DNA of 38,330 nucleotides from a virus (IMGVR_UViG_3300033405_000044:1-38330), one strand, 5' to 3'; shown: positions 1 through 10,714, numbered from the stretch's first letter. Program-made: numbers and translations. Notes: generated from the letters alone by a model not told the origin.

Positions 1-460
1 CACCCCCGGTTCCATTATAGGCAGCACCCGCACCACCACCACCAGTTTGGCCGACGCCGCCGGCCGCTCCGTTACCACCTACGCCGGTCCCGGCACTGAT
101 GGGGGTGCCACCGGAGCCAGAACCGCTGTTGACGGTAAACATGCTGCCGTAGCAGGAAAATGTTGATTGCGTCCCCGCCGCATTCGCACCTTTTGAGGAC
201 ATGCTGATCGTGCCGTAAATGTCGGCCAGCGAGTCAACCAATATAGCCAACCCTTGACAACGATTGGAGGTAGACAGCACTACGCCGGAGTTAACCACAA
301 GCTGATTATATCGCGCCAGGACCATCGGGCCGTCTTGCGTGGATGTCAGGTTTGTGCTGGTTGAATATGTGACGTTGCCGGACGAAGAGAGGGCCAACAG
401 AGAAGCGAGAAGGCCCGTCCCGTTGATCCCGCCACATTCGAGCATTCGATTGAAGAACAT
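1..460 (-). CDS. Glycine-rich tail-fibre-associated protein, runs off the window start
   Basis: Not in the ORF track. Read by hand: ATG at 458-460 overlaps the TAA of the upstream gene; MFFNRMLECGGINGTGLL...SGSGGTPISAGTGVGGNGAAGGVGQTGGGGAG stays open to position 1. Confidence 0.7.
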   Translation of the reverse strand, partial: MFFNRMLECGGINGTGLLASLLALSSSGNVTYSTSTNLTSTQDGPMVLARYNQLVVNSGVVLSTSNRCQGLAILVDSLADIYGTISMSSKGANAAGTQSTFSCYGSMFTVNSGSGSGGTPISAGTGVGGNGAAGGVGQTGGGGAGAAYNGTGG

Positions 461-1449
461 TAGCTTGCATACCCCTTTTGCGCGAGCGCGCCGCGCCAAG
501 TCGTGCCGCCGTTGGTGGTGCAGAAGACCAGGATGTCCACGCCGGAGGCGGTCAAGGTCGGGGTAGTGCCGCCGGGCCAAACGACGGAAGCGGGCCAGTT
601 CTGCGTTTGCGACCCTCCATTGGTCAGGATCAGGGAGAAGCTGGACATTTTTCCGGTAGCCAGCGGATTGGAGAAGGTCCAAGTGGTTGCGCTTGTCACT
701 GCGGTGGCCGTAACAACCCCACCGCTTTGCAGATTGATCGTCGTCGCCCCGGACACGTTGCCGAGGGCGCTGACCGTCTCGCCGTACTGAGTGAAGCAGA
801 TGCCCGCGAGTTGAGCGGCGGCGATCAGGCTGTTGGCGTCAAGAGCTGCGACGCCGTTGGACTGCCCCAGGCTGGCCGGGTTTTGCATGACCAGGGAAGA
901 CGAGTTCAGCGATGCCACGCCGTTGGCCTTCCCCTGCGGCAACGCCGGATCGTTATTCGGATCCTGTCCATATTGGACCGTCAAGCTCCCGGCCACGAGC
1001 TGCGCACCATTGGTCGTTACGGTCGTCAGGCCGGTCCCGCTGGAGTAGGTCGCGGCGGACACGGAATCGAAAACAGTTGCCCCGTTCGTGATGAGCAGGA
1101 GCGCCCGGCCGATTTTGCTATTCGGCAGGAAGGCGGTGAGCTGATTGCCGGCGACGGTGAAGCTGGACGAACTGAGATAGGTCGCCGCAAGGGCGGTCGT
1201 GGGCTGCCAGGAAAGCTGCTGGTTCGCGGCTCCCGATGCGATGATGGCGTTGGCCATGGACTCTCCCATGACCGTCACCATGTCGGCACACATATTGGTC
1301 CAGTTGGCCGCGACCCCGTTTCCGTTCATGCCGCCCGGGTTCAGGATGGCGTCCCAGGTGTAATTGTTGTACCCGCAGACGCCGCTCCCGGTCCCGTTGT
1401 ACCCGAGGCTAAGGCGTTGGTCCGCCGTGGTGGCAAGCGTAACGGCCAT
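460..1449 (-). CDS. Tail fibre-like protein (329 aa)
   Basis: Thr/Ser/Gly-rich; two G.ANGVA.L[ND] fibre-type repeats; C-terminal WPASVVWPGGTTPTLT..GVDILVF..GGTTWRG domain typical of fibre C-termini; follows the tail tip genes. Confidence 0.7.
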   Translation of the reverse strand: MAVTLATTADQRLSLGYNGTGSGVCGYNNYTWDAILNPGGMNGNGVAANWTNMCADMVTVMGESMANAIIASGAANQQLSWQPTTALAATYLSSSSFTVAGNQLTAFLPNSKIGRALLLITNGATVFDSVSAATYSSGTGLTTVTTNGAQLVAGSLTVQYGQDPNNDPALPQGKANGVASLNSSSLVMQNPASLGQSNGVAALDANSLIAAAQLAGICFTQYGETVSALGNVSGATTINLQSGGVVTATAVTSATTWTFSNPLATGKMSSFSLILTNGGSQTQNWPASVVWPGGTTPTLTASGVDILVFCTTNGGTTWRGALAQKGYAS

Positions 1450-2369
1450 TATACAAGCTCCTTGATTTTGAAGGCCATCGACGTGATGCCCCGCATGGTC
1501 TGTTGCAGTGGGGAGAGTTCTTCAAGTCGGCCGATAAAAGATCGCTGCTGCAAAAGTTCCGCGTTGCTGGGGTCCCAAACAAAAAGGATGTCCCCGGAGA
1601 CGCCCCGGTTGTTGCAAATCCTAAGCGCCTCGTTCACTCCTTCGGAAATCGACATGTAGTTCAGGGTGAAGATGGCTTCGCGGTATTTTGACCGAAGCTC
1701 GTAATATTCGGTCCCGTCCAAAGCGACATCCACGACCGTGGGGTCTTGCCAGCCGATTGAGGCTCCGAAGGAGAAGTTGTGCGCGGGCGTCCAGTCCTCG
1801 GCCATATAGAGACGGCCGATCTGGATATAGCCGGCCGTGTTGGACGGATCCTGGATGTAGATGCTGGCGTATTGGCAGGCCTGCGGGGAAACGGCCCCGG
1901 TGCCCGGCGTCGAGATCATCTGTAGGAAGATGGCCGGGAGGACGCCGTAATCATCAAGGCTCATCTGCCCGTACAGGAAATTCGAGTCCGACCAGCGCAG
2001 TAGGACGGTGTCATAGAAGCGAGGATAGGCCGGCTGCCAGCCGGAATCGTAGGCCGCGACCGTCTGGGTGGGGTCGGTCCAGAGGACCAGGCGCACATTG
2101 GCCGAGAGCGTCAGGTTGTGCTTCACCAAGGCCATGGCGGTCACGTAGCGGGTCTGGCCGAAGTTCACGTTGATGACCGCACTGCACTGGCTCGCGTCCG
2201 GGATGGCTGGGCTGGGCGTGACCAGGCCGACGCCGGTGGAGCGGGCATATTGCGAGAGGAATCTCGTCTGGACATTCGTCAGGGGCGCGCCCGATTGCCA
2301 CGAGCCGCCGGAAAGGGTAGCCGCGTCCGAACGGTTGGGGAACGCGATCAGGCAATTGGAATTGGCCAT
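1449..2369 (-). CDS. Tail tip/baseplate component (306 aa)
   Basis: Position after the hub-like gene; GYIQIGRL..EDWTP..NFSFGASIGWQDPT motif of siphophage tail proteins; 1-nt overlaps with both neighbours. Confidence 0.65.
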   Translation of the reverse strand: MANSNCLIAFPNRSDAATLSGGSWQSGAPLTNVQTRFLSQYARSTGVGLVTPSPAIPDASQCSAVINVNFGQTRYVTAMALVKHNLTLSANVRLVLWTDPTQTVAAYDSGWQPAYPRFYDTVLLRWSDSNFLYGQMSLDDYGVLPAIFLQMISTPGTGAVSPQACQYASIYIQDPSNTAGYIQIGRLYMAEDWTPAHNFSFGASIGWQDPTVVDVALDGTEYYELRSKYREAIFTLNYMSISEGVNEALRICNNRGVSGDILFVWDPSNAELLQQRSFIGRLEELSPLQQTMRGITSMAFKIKELV

Positions 2370-4858
2370 CAGCCCAAGACCTCCAGCGTCATTTTGCCGT
2401 CCTTGTGGGATTCGGTGACGCCCACGACCACGAAGTTGCGCCCGGCGGAAAGATTGAAGCGCGGATCTTGAATCCGGATGATCGAGCCGATCATGATGGA
2501 GAGCATGGTCGAAAGTGGGATGGTGCCGGCGACGGTCGCGCCGCTGCCCTGGTCAATCTTGGTGGTCAGCGTGAAGCGATCCAGGGTCCCCTTGTAGAGC
2601 GTCAGCATCCGGTTCGCCTCGGCCATGGCGTCGGTCATGTCGGCGATGTAGGTCTGCGCCGTGATCGTGCTGCCGAGCGGGTGCAGGTAGTAGGCGTTGA
2701 GGTCTTCGGCCTGGGCCACGCGGTCGGCCAGGCCCAGCCAGGAAACCCACGTGGGGTTCGTGGTCCAAAGGCTGGACGCGATGGACGCCGGTTGAAGCGG
2801 TGTCCAGTTGTGGACCGCGTTCAATTGGACACGGTAGGCAGGCGTGCCATCCTTCGTGTTGAATGGCGCGCTACGCTCAAGGGTGTCCTGCAGGGGTATG
2901 GAGCTGCCGAAGATGGCCACGGGCGTTGCCGAGGCCAAAGGCTTGACGAACTGGTTGACGTAGAGGTTGCCGCTTCGATCGAAGCCCCAAAACGCGCCAC
3001 CGCAGCCGCACAGGGCGTTCATCACGTCGGCGGCCGTGGTGGTGTCTCCGGCGGCGACATAGTAGCCGACATCGTAGGGGATCGCAGTAGCCAGGGCGGT
3101 GAAACTTGCCATGTTCAGGCTCGGACCGATGAGGGGGTCGTAGCCGGTCACCGGGCTGGCCAGGGTCGGGCCCGTGTAGATGTGGGGCGACGGGAAGTTG
3201 AACTCGAACATCGCGCCGCCGACACCCCAGGACGCCGAGTCGGTGTAAGTCTCCGAGCCGCCGGATAGACCTTCGAGGACGAAGTTGACGGTGGTGAGCG
3301 TGCTGTTCGGCTGCCCGGCGATCCAAAGCCGCATCCAGCCGTTTGGGTAGGTAATCAGGCCTGCGGCCGTGATGAATCCGGTGGCGCTCCAGTTCGGGCC
3401 GACGGCCAGGCCCACGGCCTTGACATTGGAATAGGTCATGGCCACGAGGTCGAAGTCCGCCGAGCAGTAGTTGGCGCTGTTGCCGCCATCGACCATCTTG
3501 AGCCGGAAGGTCGTCCGGCCGCCGTTGGGAAGGGTGAAAATCGAGTAGCAGTACATCCCCGTGGCAGTCGTAAGGTTCTGGGTGAGATTGTGGCCGGCCG
3601 CGCCGGTTTCGGTTAGGACTGCGGTCCCCATCCCGGCAATCGGGACCGAGGATGCGGCGCCCCCCACGGTCACGCCGGTTTCGGTCCAGGCCGCGTTCGC
3701 GAACTGCTCGCTGTAAAGGGCAATGTTGGTGCGTGGCCACTGGATGTAGTTTTGAGCGATGCGCTGGATGATCCCGGCGACCGTGTTGACATAGACCCCT
3801 CCGCTCGCATCGCCGCGGGCATCGCAGGTGATCGTCGTCCCGGTTCCGCCGCTGATCTTGAACAGGCCAAGGGCCAGACAGGTACAGAAGCACCCGGCGG
3901 CCGGGGTCGCCGCCTGGAGGGCGGCCAGTGTCACGCAGTCGCCTCCGCCGTAGGCGATCTGGGTGATGGCAGCGTTGGTCAGCGAAAAAGTGTTGGCCAG
4001 GGCCTGGGTGGACGGCACGGCGATGGTGACGACCGTGTTCCCGCCAGTGTAGGTCGAGGACACGACAACCATGTTGCCGCTCCCCGCCGCCTGGGTGATG
4101 TAGAGCAAGAGTCCGGCCGTGTAGGCACCGGTTTTATTGACTCCGGTCAGGGTGAACGACTGGGCAGACGTGTAGGTAGCCGCAGCGGATTCGACCGTGC
4201 CGCCCACCGAGCAGTCCAGCGGCATGATGATCCCGTTGGAATAGACGGCGTCCACGGCCTTGATCGGCCCGTAGCCGTGGACCATGTAGATCATGCCGCC
4301 CTGGCTGACCCATGCCGGCTGGATGCCGAGGCAATGGCCGAGACAGACCGGGAGCGTCTTGCCCATGTAGTCGTTCGGCGTCCCCTGGATGCCTACGCCG
4401 CCCACGTTGTTGCCGAGGAAGGTCCAGGCAGAGATCGGCTTGTCGAAAAGCTCGGTGTAATCGCGGATCAGGAAGGTCAGATATTTCCACGTCAGCTGCG
4501 GCTGACACATGGTCCCGGTGAGGATCGGTTGGAAACTGGAATAGCCCTTGGTTTCGTCGCCGTAGAGAATCCTGATCTGGCGGCCGTCGAAGGCCTCGCC
4601 CATCAGAAAGTCCAGTGCGCCGTCCTGATTGATGAGTTCGCAGGTTCCGTAGCCACCGGTCGCGGACCCCCCTGTCACGCCGTCTTTGAACACGCTGGTC
4701 TGGAAATCGGACGGCACCTTGAGGCGCGGCTCGTACCAGGTATTCCCTGGACTGTCGGCGGGCAGCGTCATGAAGCCTTGCTTGCCCGAGGAATACCGCA
4801 GGATTGTCGGCTGGAGGCTCGTCGGGTCGACGTAGGTGATTTCGGCCAGGTAGAGCAT
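2369..4858 (-). CDS. Tail tip/hub-like protein with inserted beta-rich domains (829 aa)
   Basis: Directly downstream of the tape measure; GTCELINQDGALD and GKTLPVCLGHC motifs. Confidence 0.65.
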   Translation of the reverse strand: MLYLAEITYVDPTSLQPTILRYSSGKQGFMTLPADSPGNTWYEPRLKVPSDFQTSVFKDGVTGGSATGGYGTCELINQDGALDFLMGEAFDGRQIRILYGDETKGYSSFQPILTGTMCQPQLTWKYLTFLIRDYTELFDKPISAWTFLGNNVGGVGIQGTPNDYMGKTLPVCLGHCLGIQPAWVSQGGMIYMVHGYGPIKAVDAVYSNGIIMPLDCSVGGTVESAAATYTSAQSFTLTGVNKTGAYTAGLLLYITQAAGSGNMVVVSSTYTGGNTVVTIAVPSTQALANTFSLTNAAITQIAYGGGDCVTLAALQAATPAAGCFCTCLALGLFKISGGTGTTITCDARGDASGGVYVNTVAGIIQRIAQNYIQWPRTNIALYSEQFANAAWTETGVTVGGAASSVPIAGMGTAVLTETGAAGHNLTQNLTTATGMYCYSIFTLPNGGRTTFRLKMVDGGNSANYCSADFDLVAMTYSNVKAVGLAVGPNWSATGFITAAGLITYPNGWMRLWIAGQPNSTLTTVNFVLEGLSGGSETYTDSASWGVGGAMFEFNFPSPHIYTGPTLASPVTGYDPLIGPSLNMASFTALATAIPYDVGYYVAAGDTTTAADVMNALCGCGGAFWGFDRSGNLYVNQFVKPLASATPVAIFGSSIPLQDTLERSAPFNTKDGTPAYRVQLNAVHNWTPLQPASIASSLWTTNPTWVSWLGLADRVAQAEDLNAYYLHPLGSTITAQTYIADMTDAMAEANRMLTLYKGTLDRFTLTTKIDQGSGATVAGTIPLSTMLSIMIGSIIRIQDPRFNLSAGRNFVVVGVTESHKDGKMTLEVLG

Positions 4859-4861
4859 CCC

Positions 4862-7800
4862 CTACGCCCTCGCCCTGGCCGGGATGTGCTTTTGCTGGCG
4901 CGTTATGGCGGCCGTGAGGTCGCGGATGTCCTGGCGGACACCATGCACGCCGGCCGCAACGGTCTGGTGGCCCGCCGCCGCGACGCGGGTATTCCGCTCC
5001 ATCTCCTTGTGGAGGTGGGCGTTGGTCGCCGGGCCGCTGGTGCCGTTGTGGATTGCCTGCTTGACCGCCTGGACTTCGGGCGCGCTGGTGACGACTTCGC
5101 CGGGCATGAGCCGCACGACGGCCGAGTCCTTCCCCGCGATGCCACCCCGAATCAAGCCGCCGGTCGCGCCCCCGGAAAGGTCGTAGCCGCCGGATGCAGT
5201 GTAGGTCGCCGTTCCGTTCGCCACGGACTGCGCCAAAAAATCGTCAAGGGTTGTTCCCCCAGCCGCAGCGACCTGCGCCACGGTGGGAGCCCCTTGCGCG
5301 TAGGACGCGGCGACAGTGGAAGAGGTTGCGGACGAGGTGGCCCCACTCACCGCCTCGTCGGTGCTTCCGTCAGGGCTGATGGCCGGGTTCTGATAGACGG
5401 CGTCGCCACTGGAGGATGTATTGGCCTGCGCCTGCGTTGTGGCAATCCCCAGGCTGTTGACGGTCGAAGTCAAGTCCGTTCCGAGCGCGTCGACATTGTT
5501 GGCCACCAGCGAGAGGTTCGCGTTGGCCAGGTTCAAGGCCGCGATCTGCGTGTTCAGGGCATTCAACTGGGCGTTTTGGGCCGTGAGCTGCTGGCCGAGG
5601 AGGTTGACCTCGGACGCGGCCCCGGTCTGTAATCCGGAAAGGACTCCGGTCACGTTGTTGTAATCGTTCAAATATTGCTGCGAAATCCCGTAGAAATTTT
5701 TCGAGGTCGTGAGGAATGTCTGGGCGAACGACTGCAACTGCTGGACGTCCGAGGTGTAGGTCGGGCTGGACATATCCTCGCCCTGGACCTTGGCGACAAG
5801 CTGATTCCAGTAGGCCGATTCCTGGGAATAGGTCTGCTGGGGCGTTTCGGGCGACAGGCTGCTGTTCCACTGAATGCCGTTCAGGCTGTTGGTCAACGAC
5901 ACGGACATCGATTGCCAGGTTGAGAACGCGCTTTGGATCGTCTGGTCCACGCCGTTGATGAGGACTTTTTGATCATTGAGGCTCTGAATCTGCGCCTGGT
6001 CGGCCTGGACCTGGAGGGTGTTGACCGCCTGCTGGCTGGCGATCATCTGGCGCTGCGCGTTATCGTACTGGCTGACGTAGGTCGCCACCGTCGACCATTG
6101 CTGGAACTGCTGCGGCGAGGGATTGTTGTTCAGCGTGTTGCCGTACTGCCCCCAGAAATTCGAGGTGTTCAGCCCCGCTGCCCCGAGCGAGGCGATCTGC
6201 TGGTTGGCCTGCGCCCCGGTCGAGGCCAGTGTGGCGTTGGCGATCTGCGGGTTTGAAAGCGCATATTGGCCGTACATCTGGAGCGCCGTGGTGACCGCGC
6301 TGTCGCCGCCCATGAGGTTGGCGGCCTGACTGGCCCAGTTGCCTTGCGTGACGACGTTGGAGCCGCCGGTCAGAGATTGCAGGTTCAGCCCGGCGTTGCC
6401 GGCCGCCGTGTTGATCGCGGCGTAAGCCGAGCCGATCCGCTGGAGTTCGTCCACATACATCTCGCCCGGTTCGAGGCAGGCGTTGAACGCGCTCTGTAGG
6501 CCCGACGCCTGGATCGCACTCTGGGCCATAGCGTTCGAGACGTTGTAGATGGCCTGCTGCATGTCGCTCGAATTGATCGGAAACGCGCCGACGTTGAAAT
6601 TCAGGGCCGAGCTGTTGCCGAAGCCGAGCAGATCGGAAGCGGAGGTGACGGAGGCGGTCGGGGCGATGATGCCCTGGTTCCACTGCCTGGCCAGGGTCGG
6701 GTCCGCGAAGGTCGCCGCATCCCAGTGTGAGGTGCTTTCGGAGCCGCCGAGGCCGGACGTGGTTGTCCTGAACCCCATGTAGCCGCCCATGCTCAAATTT
6801 CCGGAGTTGTAGGCGACCATGTTGCCATTGTCCCCGTCCGGGCTCGTGGAGGAGCTTGAGCCGCTGGCCAGGGCCGCAATGCCGGCGGCGATGGCGCCGA
6901 CGGCCAGGCCAATCGGGCCGCCGAGCGAGGAAAGGCCGAGCGCGCCGGCCAGGGCCGAGCCGGAGCCGATACCGGCCGCCGCTGAAATCCCGCCGGCCAA
7001 AGCCCCCGCACCCATGCCGATGTAGCTGGGCGTCGGGTTGTTTGGAGACAAAAGCGAGCCGACCAGGCCGCCTCCGAGCATCCCCATGCCCGCGCCAGCG
7101 ATAGTGCCGCCAAGGCCGCCCACAACCATGTTCGATCCGGCAACCTGGGCAGGCGTGGCCATCGCGACGGTCGCGCCTTCCGGGAAGGCCGTCCCGGCCA
7201 AGGCCGACGTCGACATGGCGACCTGCGAGCCGTCCGCGAGCGTGACAATGGCGTCTCCGGCTTGAAGTCCCGTGAAGGCCCCTGTCCCGAGCGTTCCCAT
7301 GCCCAGACTGCTCATGCCCCATTGGTCCAGGGAATTGAGCATGTTGCCGGACTTGAGGGCCGAGAGGATATTGCTGGGAGAGAACAGCGATGAACCGCCG
7401 CTGGATGAGGGCGTGGGAGGAATTATGCCCCCGGCGGTCTGGAAACCGGCCTGGCCTCCGCTCTGCACCGCGAAAGGCGATCCGCCGCTGCCCGCGTAAA
7501 CAGGGTATCCACCGCCACTGGACGAAAAGGAGGATGAGCCGCCCCCGAGCGAGATCGGGATGATGGAGCCGTCGCTTCCGACCGTGAAGATCATCGGCAT
7601 GCCCGCGCCGGATCCGGAGGCCGCCCCGGTCGCGCCGGGCATCCCTGGAATGAATTGCGAGAATGCGTTCTTCTGGCCGCCGGAGCTTTGCATGGCGTTG
7701 ACTGCCAGTGTGCCGCCCCAGAACCCGGTCGCCCCGTTCATCATCGCGTTCTGAACCAGGACCTGGCTCGCGGTCGGGTCGATCAAGCCGGTCAAGCCGG

Positions 7801-10711
7801 AGGTGATCGCCCGGGACCGGGTGTCGCCCCCCTGGTTGCCCCCGAACATGCCGGCCACGCCGCTGCCGCCGCCGAGCACCACGTCGTGGATCAAGGAATT
7901 GGCAAGGCCGCCGGCACCCTTGGCAATGGCCTGCTTCAAGTCCTCGCCGATGGCTTTGGTGAAGTCCTGAATCCGGGTCTTCGTGGTCAGCTTGCCCAGC
8001 ACCTGCTCAATGGACTTGCCGATGGCGTCGAAGGCCGTGTCGGCGATGCCCTTGATGGCCGTGAAATATTCCTGCCACGCCTGGAGTTCTTGCCCGCGCG
8101 CGGTCTTGTAAGTGCCGTGCTCCAGCGACATTTCGTCGGCGACATATTCGACGAAGCCCTTCTCGTAGCCGATCCGGGCTTCGAGCTGGTCATGATTGAG
8201 TTTGTCGATTTGCTGGGAGGCGTAGACCCGGGCGGCATACTCGCTGGAGGCGTTGGCCTTCACGAGTTCAATTTCGGCCTGGAGATTGGCCTTGCGCTTA
8301 TTCCAATAGTCGTCGGTCAACTTCGCGCCATCGCCGAGACCCTTCTGGATGACATCGGACTGTGCGGCACTCCATTTGGCGTCGGCCATGCCGCTGATCG
8401 TCGGGTCGGAGGATTGGCGCTCCTTGATGTACTGGCTGTAATATCTGAGCCAGTTCCCCTGCATGGCCTGCCGCGGGTCGCCGGTGAATCCGGCCATCTC
8501 GGACATCTGCTTGCCCTGAAGTTCCATCAGCTTGGCGAAGTCCATGTTCTTCGCCTGTTCCCCAGCCTTGGCCCAGACGTCGACGAGCTTGACCCACTCT
8601 TCACGGTAGGCCGTGGTATCGCCCTTGGCATCGGCCACGTGTCGCGTAATCTCGCCGAAGAGTTTGGTGAACTCCTCATTCACCTTATCCAGGGTGGAAT
8701 CCGTTCCGCCTGTCAGGCCTCCGAGAATGCCGGCAACCCGGGCATCGGTGTCTTTGACGAAAGAGTCTTCGGTGGCGCCATAGCGGGCTGCCTTTCCCGC
8801 GCCACCCTCCTTTTGGATTTTTGCAAGCGTTTCATCTCGCACCTTCCCGGCCGCGACTTGTTGCTCGTAAAGCCAGTTGTTCATGTTGGAGGACTTGTTC
8901 GACCCCTGATAGACCATGACCGCTTGGCCCATGGCCTTTTCGTAATCCTCCTTGGCCGATGCTATGCGCCCGGCTTTGCCCCCGGAGAGGTAGTCCGCGA
9001 GTTCCTTGGCCCCTTTTTCGCGGGCCTCCTTGTCTTCCTTCGCCCTGATCGCAACCGCGTTGGCGGCGGCCCTTTCCGAGTTCCCGTCCCTGTCGAATTT
9101 GTTGTAGACTTCACCTTCATCGGCACCCTCGGCGACCATGTTTTTGCGTGCGTCCTTGACGCCCTTGTTATAGCGGAGCTGCCAGCGGTAAGCCTCAAGC
9201 GAGTCGAGCTTGGCTTGTGCATCCTCGCGCTCTTCGCCTGTTAATTTGTAGCCTTTGTCTTTGGGCTTGTAGCCAGATCCCATGCCAGACAAATATGGGG
9301 ACAGCTTGTCCCAGAAGTCCCCTCCCGGCTCTTTCTCGGAAAGCTCTTTTTTTAGTTCGTCGATTTGCTTATCCACGCCGGGGAATAGCTTACTTAGACC
9401 CCATGTTGCCGCACCGCCCGAAACAGCCCCGGTAGCGAGGATACCGAGCCCCAGCGCTGGATTTGCAAATGATGCCGCAAGTGCAACCGGGGCGGCCCCG
9501 GCGGCCCCCGCAGCAGCCCCCATAAGCACCCGGAGGGTCGGGTCCAAGGTGCTCCACCATTTGGTGATCTGGTCGAGGCCGCTGATGACCGTAGTCATCA
9601 TTCCGGGAATGGAGGTCGTTATGTTATTGGCGAGATGCTCAATACCCTCTCCAAGGCTTGCGAGAGCCTTCTGCGCCTGGGGCGACGAAATCTCGTCCTG
9701 CAGTTGCTTCATCGTGGTCGCACCGGTGCTGACCACGGAAAACGTCGATTCATTGAAGGCGGACCCGAGGATGGTCTGAAAATCTTGCAGATAACGGGTA
9801 AAACTGGTGATCTGCTTGCCGGCCGTTTCCATTGCGGCGGCGTAGGCCCCGGCGGACGCTGCGGTTTTATCCAAGACTTCTTGAGTGCGGACCTGGATTT
9901 GCTCATTCTGGGTCAGGGAGTGGGCGTTGCCGCCGATGGCCTCCCCGGCCCGTTTGTACGCCCCCTCAAAATCAACCATGACGCCCATATGGTGCAAAAG
10001 AATCGCTTGCCCGTTGGCGATGGCTTGGGTCATCAGTCCAAAGGCCTCGGACGAGTTGCGGCCGGAAATCACTGCCGCGTCCTGGGCGGCCCGGGCCAGT
10101 TCTGCGGATTTGGTCAGGTCAACATGCGCGGTCGCCAGCTTGGCCAGGGCCTCCCGGCTCTCGATCATCGAGATGCCCGACTTCTGGATCGCTGAAGCAA
10201 ACTCGTTCATCTGCATGGCGTTGTAGCCGGCATTCTCGCCGACGACCTTGATGACAACGCCGAGGGTTTCGTAGCGGGCGCCGAGACTCGCGGACTCCAT
10301 TAGGTATTCGCTGATCTTCACCGCGCTGAAGGCTGTGGCGAGGGTTCCAAGAGCCGAAGTCACGACTCCGAGACCTCTTCCCATGCTGGAAAGGGCCTCG
10401 GAATGTTTTTCGAGAGCTGACGAACTTTCTTTGACTTTTTGGGCGATGCCCCCCAAGCGCGTTTGAAGGTCCGCGAGTTCCTTCCCGGAGATGCCCGCGG
10501 CCCTCCCGATCTGGTCAATGGATTTGCTGGTGGCGTCGAGATCGGCCTTGGCCTTGTCCGCCGCCAGCTTGTTCACAAAGCGCTGTTCCAGCTTGGCGAG
10601 TTCATCGACCGTGAGCTTCGACGCGGCGCCGGTCTTCTGGAGGGCGTCCTGGAAGTCCTTGAGGGAGGTCATGCCTCCGGAGACGTCAACCCCGATGCGG
10701 ATGCCTGGCAT
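4862..10711 (-). CDS. Tape measure protein (1949 aa)
   Basis: Longest ORF; Ala-rich helical N-half; hydrophobic Gly-rich segments; C-terminal ATGGLIRGG..GKDS..VRLMPGEVV motif; follows the chaperone pair. Confidence 0.92.
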   Translation of the reverse strand: MPGIRIGVDVSGGMTSLKDFQDALQKTGAASKLTVDELAKLEQRFVNKLAADKAKADLDATSKSIDQIGRAAGISGKELADLQTRLGGIAQKVKESSSALEKHSEALSSMGRGLGVVTSALGTLATAFSAVKISEYLMESASLGARYETLGVVIKVVGENAGYNAMQMNEFASAIQKSGISMIESREALAKLATAHVDLTKSAELARAAQDAAVISGRNSSEAFGLMTQAIANGQAILLHHMGVMVDFEGAYKRAGEAIGGNAHSLTQNEQIQVRTQEVLDKTAASAGAYAAAMETAGKQITSFTRYLQDFQTILGSAFNESTFSVVSTGATTMKQLQDEISSPQAQKALASLGEGIEHLANNITTSIPGMMTTVISGLDQITKWWSTLDPTLRVLMGAAAGAAGAAPVALAASFANPALGLGILATGAVSGGAATWGLSKLFPGVDKQIDELKKELSEKEPGGDFWDKLSPYLSGMGSGYKPKDKGYKLTGEEREDAQAKLDSLEAYRWQLRYNKGVKDARKNMVAEGADEGEVYNKFDRDGNSERAAANAVAIRAKEDKEAREKGAKELADYLSGGKAGRIASAKEDYEKAMGQAVMVYQGSNKSSNMNNWLYEQQVAAGKVRDETLAKIQKEGGAGKAARYGATEDSFVKDTDARVAGILGGLTGGTDSTLDKVNEEFTKLFGEITRHVADAKGDTTAYREEWVKLVDVWAKAGEQAKNMDFAKLMELQGKQMSEMAGFTGDPRQAMQGNWLRYYSQYIKERQSSDPTISGMADAKWSAAQSDVIQKGLGDGAKLTDDYWNKRKANLQAEIELVKANASSEYAARVYASQQIDKLNHDQLEARIGYEKGFVEYVADEMSLEHGTYKTARGQELQAWQEYFTAIKGIADTAFDAIGKSIEQVLGKLTTKTRIQDFTKAIGEDLKQAIAKGAGGLANSLIHDVVLGGGSGVAGMFGGNQGGDTRSRAITSGLTGLIDPTASQVLVQNAMMNGATGFWGGTLAVNAMQSSGGQKNAFSQFIPGMPGATGAASGSGAGMPMIFTVGSDGSIIPISLGGGSSSFSSSGGGYPVYAGSGGSPFAVQSGGQAGFQTAGGIIPPTPSSSGGSSLFSPSNILSALKSGNMLNSLDQWGMSSLGMGTLGTGAFTGLQAGDAIVTLADGSQVAMSTSALAGTAFPEGATVAMATPAQVAGSNMVVGGLGGTIAGAGMGMLGGGLVGSLLSPNNPTPSYIGMGAGALAGGISAAAGIGSGSALAGALGLSSLGGPIGLAVGAIAAGIAALASGSSSSTSPDGDNGNMVAYNSGNLSMGGYMGFRTTTSGLGGSESTSHWDAATFADPTLARQWNQGIIAPTASVTSASDLLGFGNSSALNFNVGAFPINSSDMQQAIYNVSNAMAQSAIQASGLQSAFNACLEPGEMYVDELQRIGSAYAAINTAAGNAGLNLQSLTGGSNVVTQGNWASQAANLMGGDSAVTTALQMYGQYALSNPQIANATLASTGAQANQQIASLGAAGLNTSNFWGQYGNTLNNNPSPQQFQQWSTVATYVSQYDNAQRQMIASQQAVNTLQVQADQAQIQSLNDQKVLINGVDQTIQSAFSTWQSMSVSLTNSLNGIQWNSSLSPETPQQTYSQESAYWNQLVAKVQGEDMSSPTYTSDVQQLQSFAQTFLTTSKNFYGISQQYLNDYNNVTGVLSGLQTGAASEVNLLGQQLTAQNAQLNALNTQIAALNLANANLSLVANNVDALGTDLTSTVNSLGIATTQAQANTSSSGDAVYQNPAISPDGSTDEAVSGATSSATSSTVAASYAQGAPTVAQVAAAGGTTLDDFLAQSVANGTATYTASGGYDLSGGATGGLIRGGIAGKDSAVVRLMPGEVVTSAPEVQAVKQAIHNGTSGPATNAHLHKEMERNTRVAAAGHQTVAAGVHGVRQDIRDLTAAITRQQKHIPARARA

Positions 10712-10714
10712 TTT

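Noticed and set aside
1-4858. Diversity-generating retroelement or invertible tail-fibre switch
   Set aside because: No reverse transcriptase, invertase, TR/VR pair or inverted crossover sites noticed in this window; could lie beyond position 1
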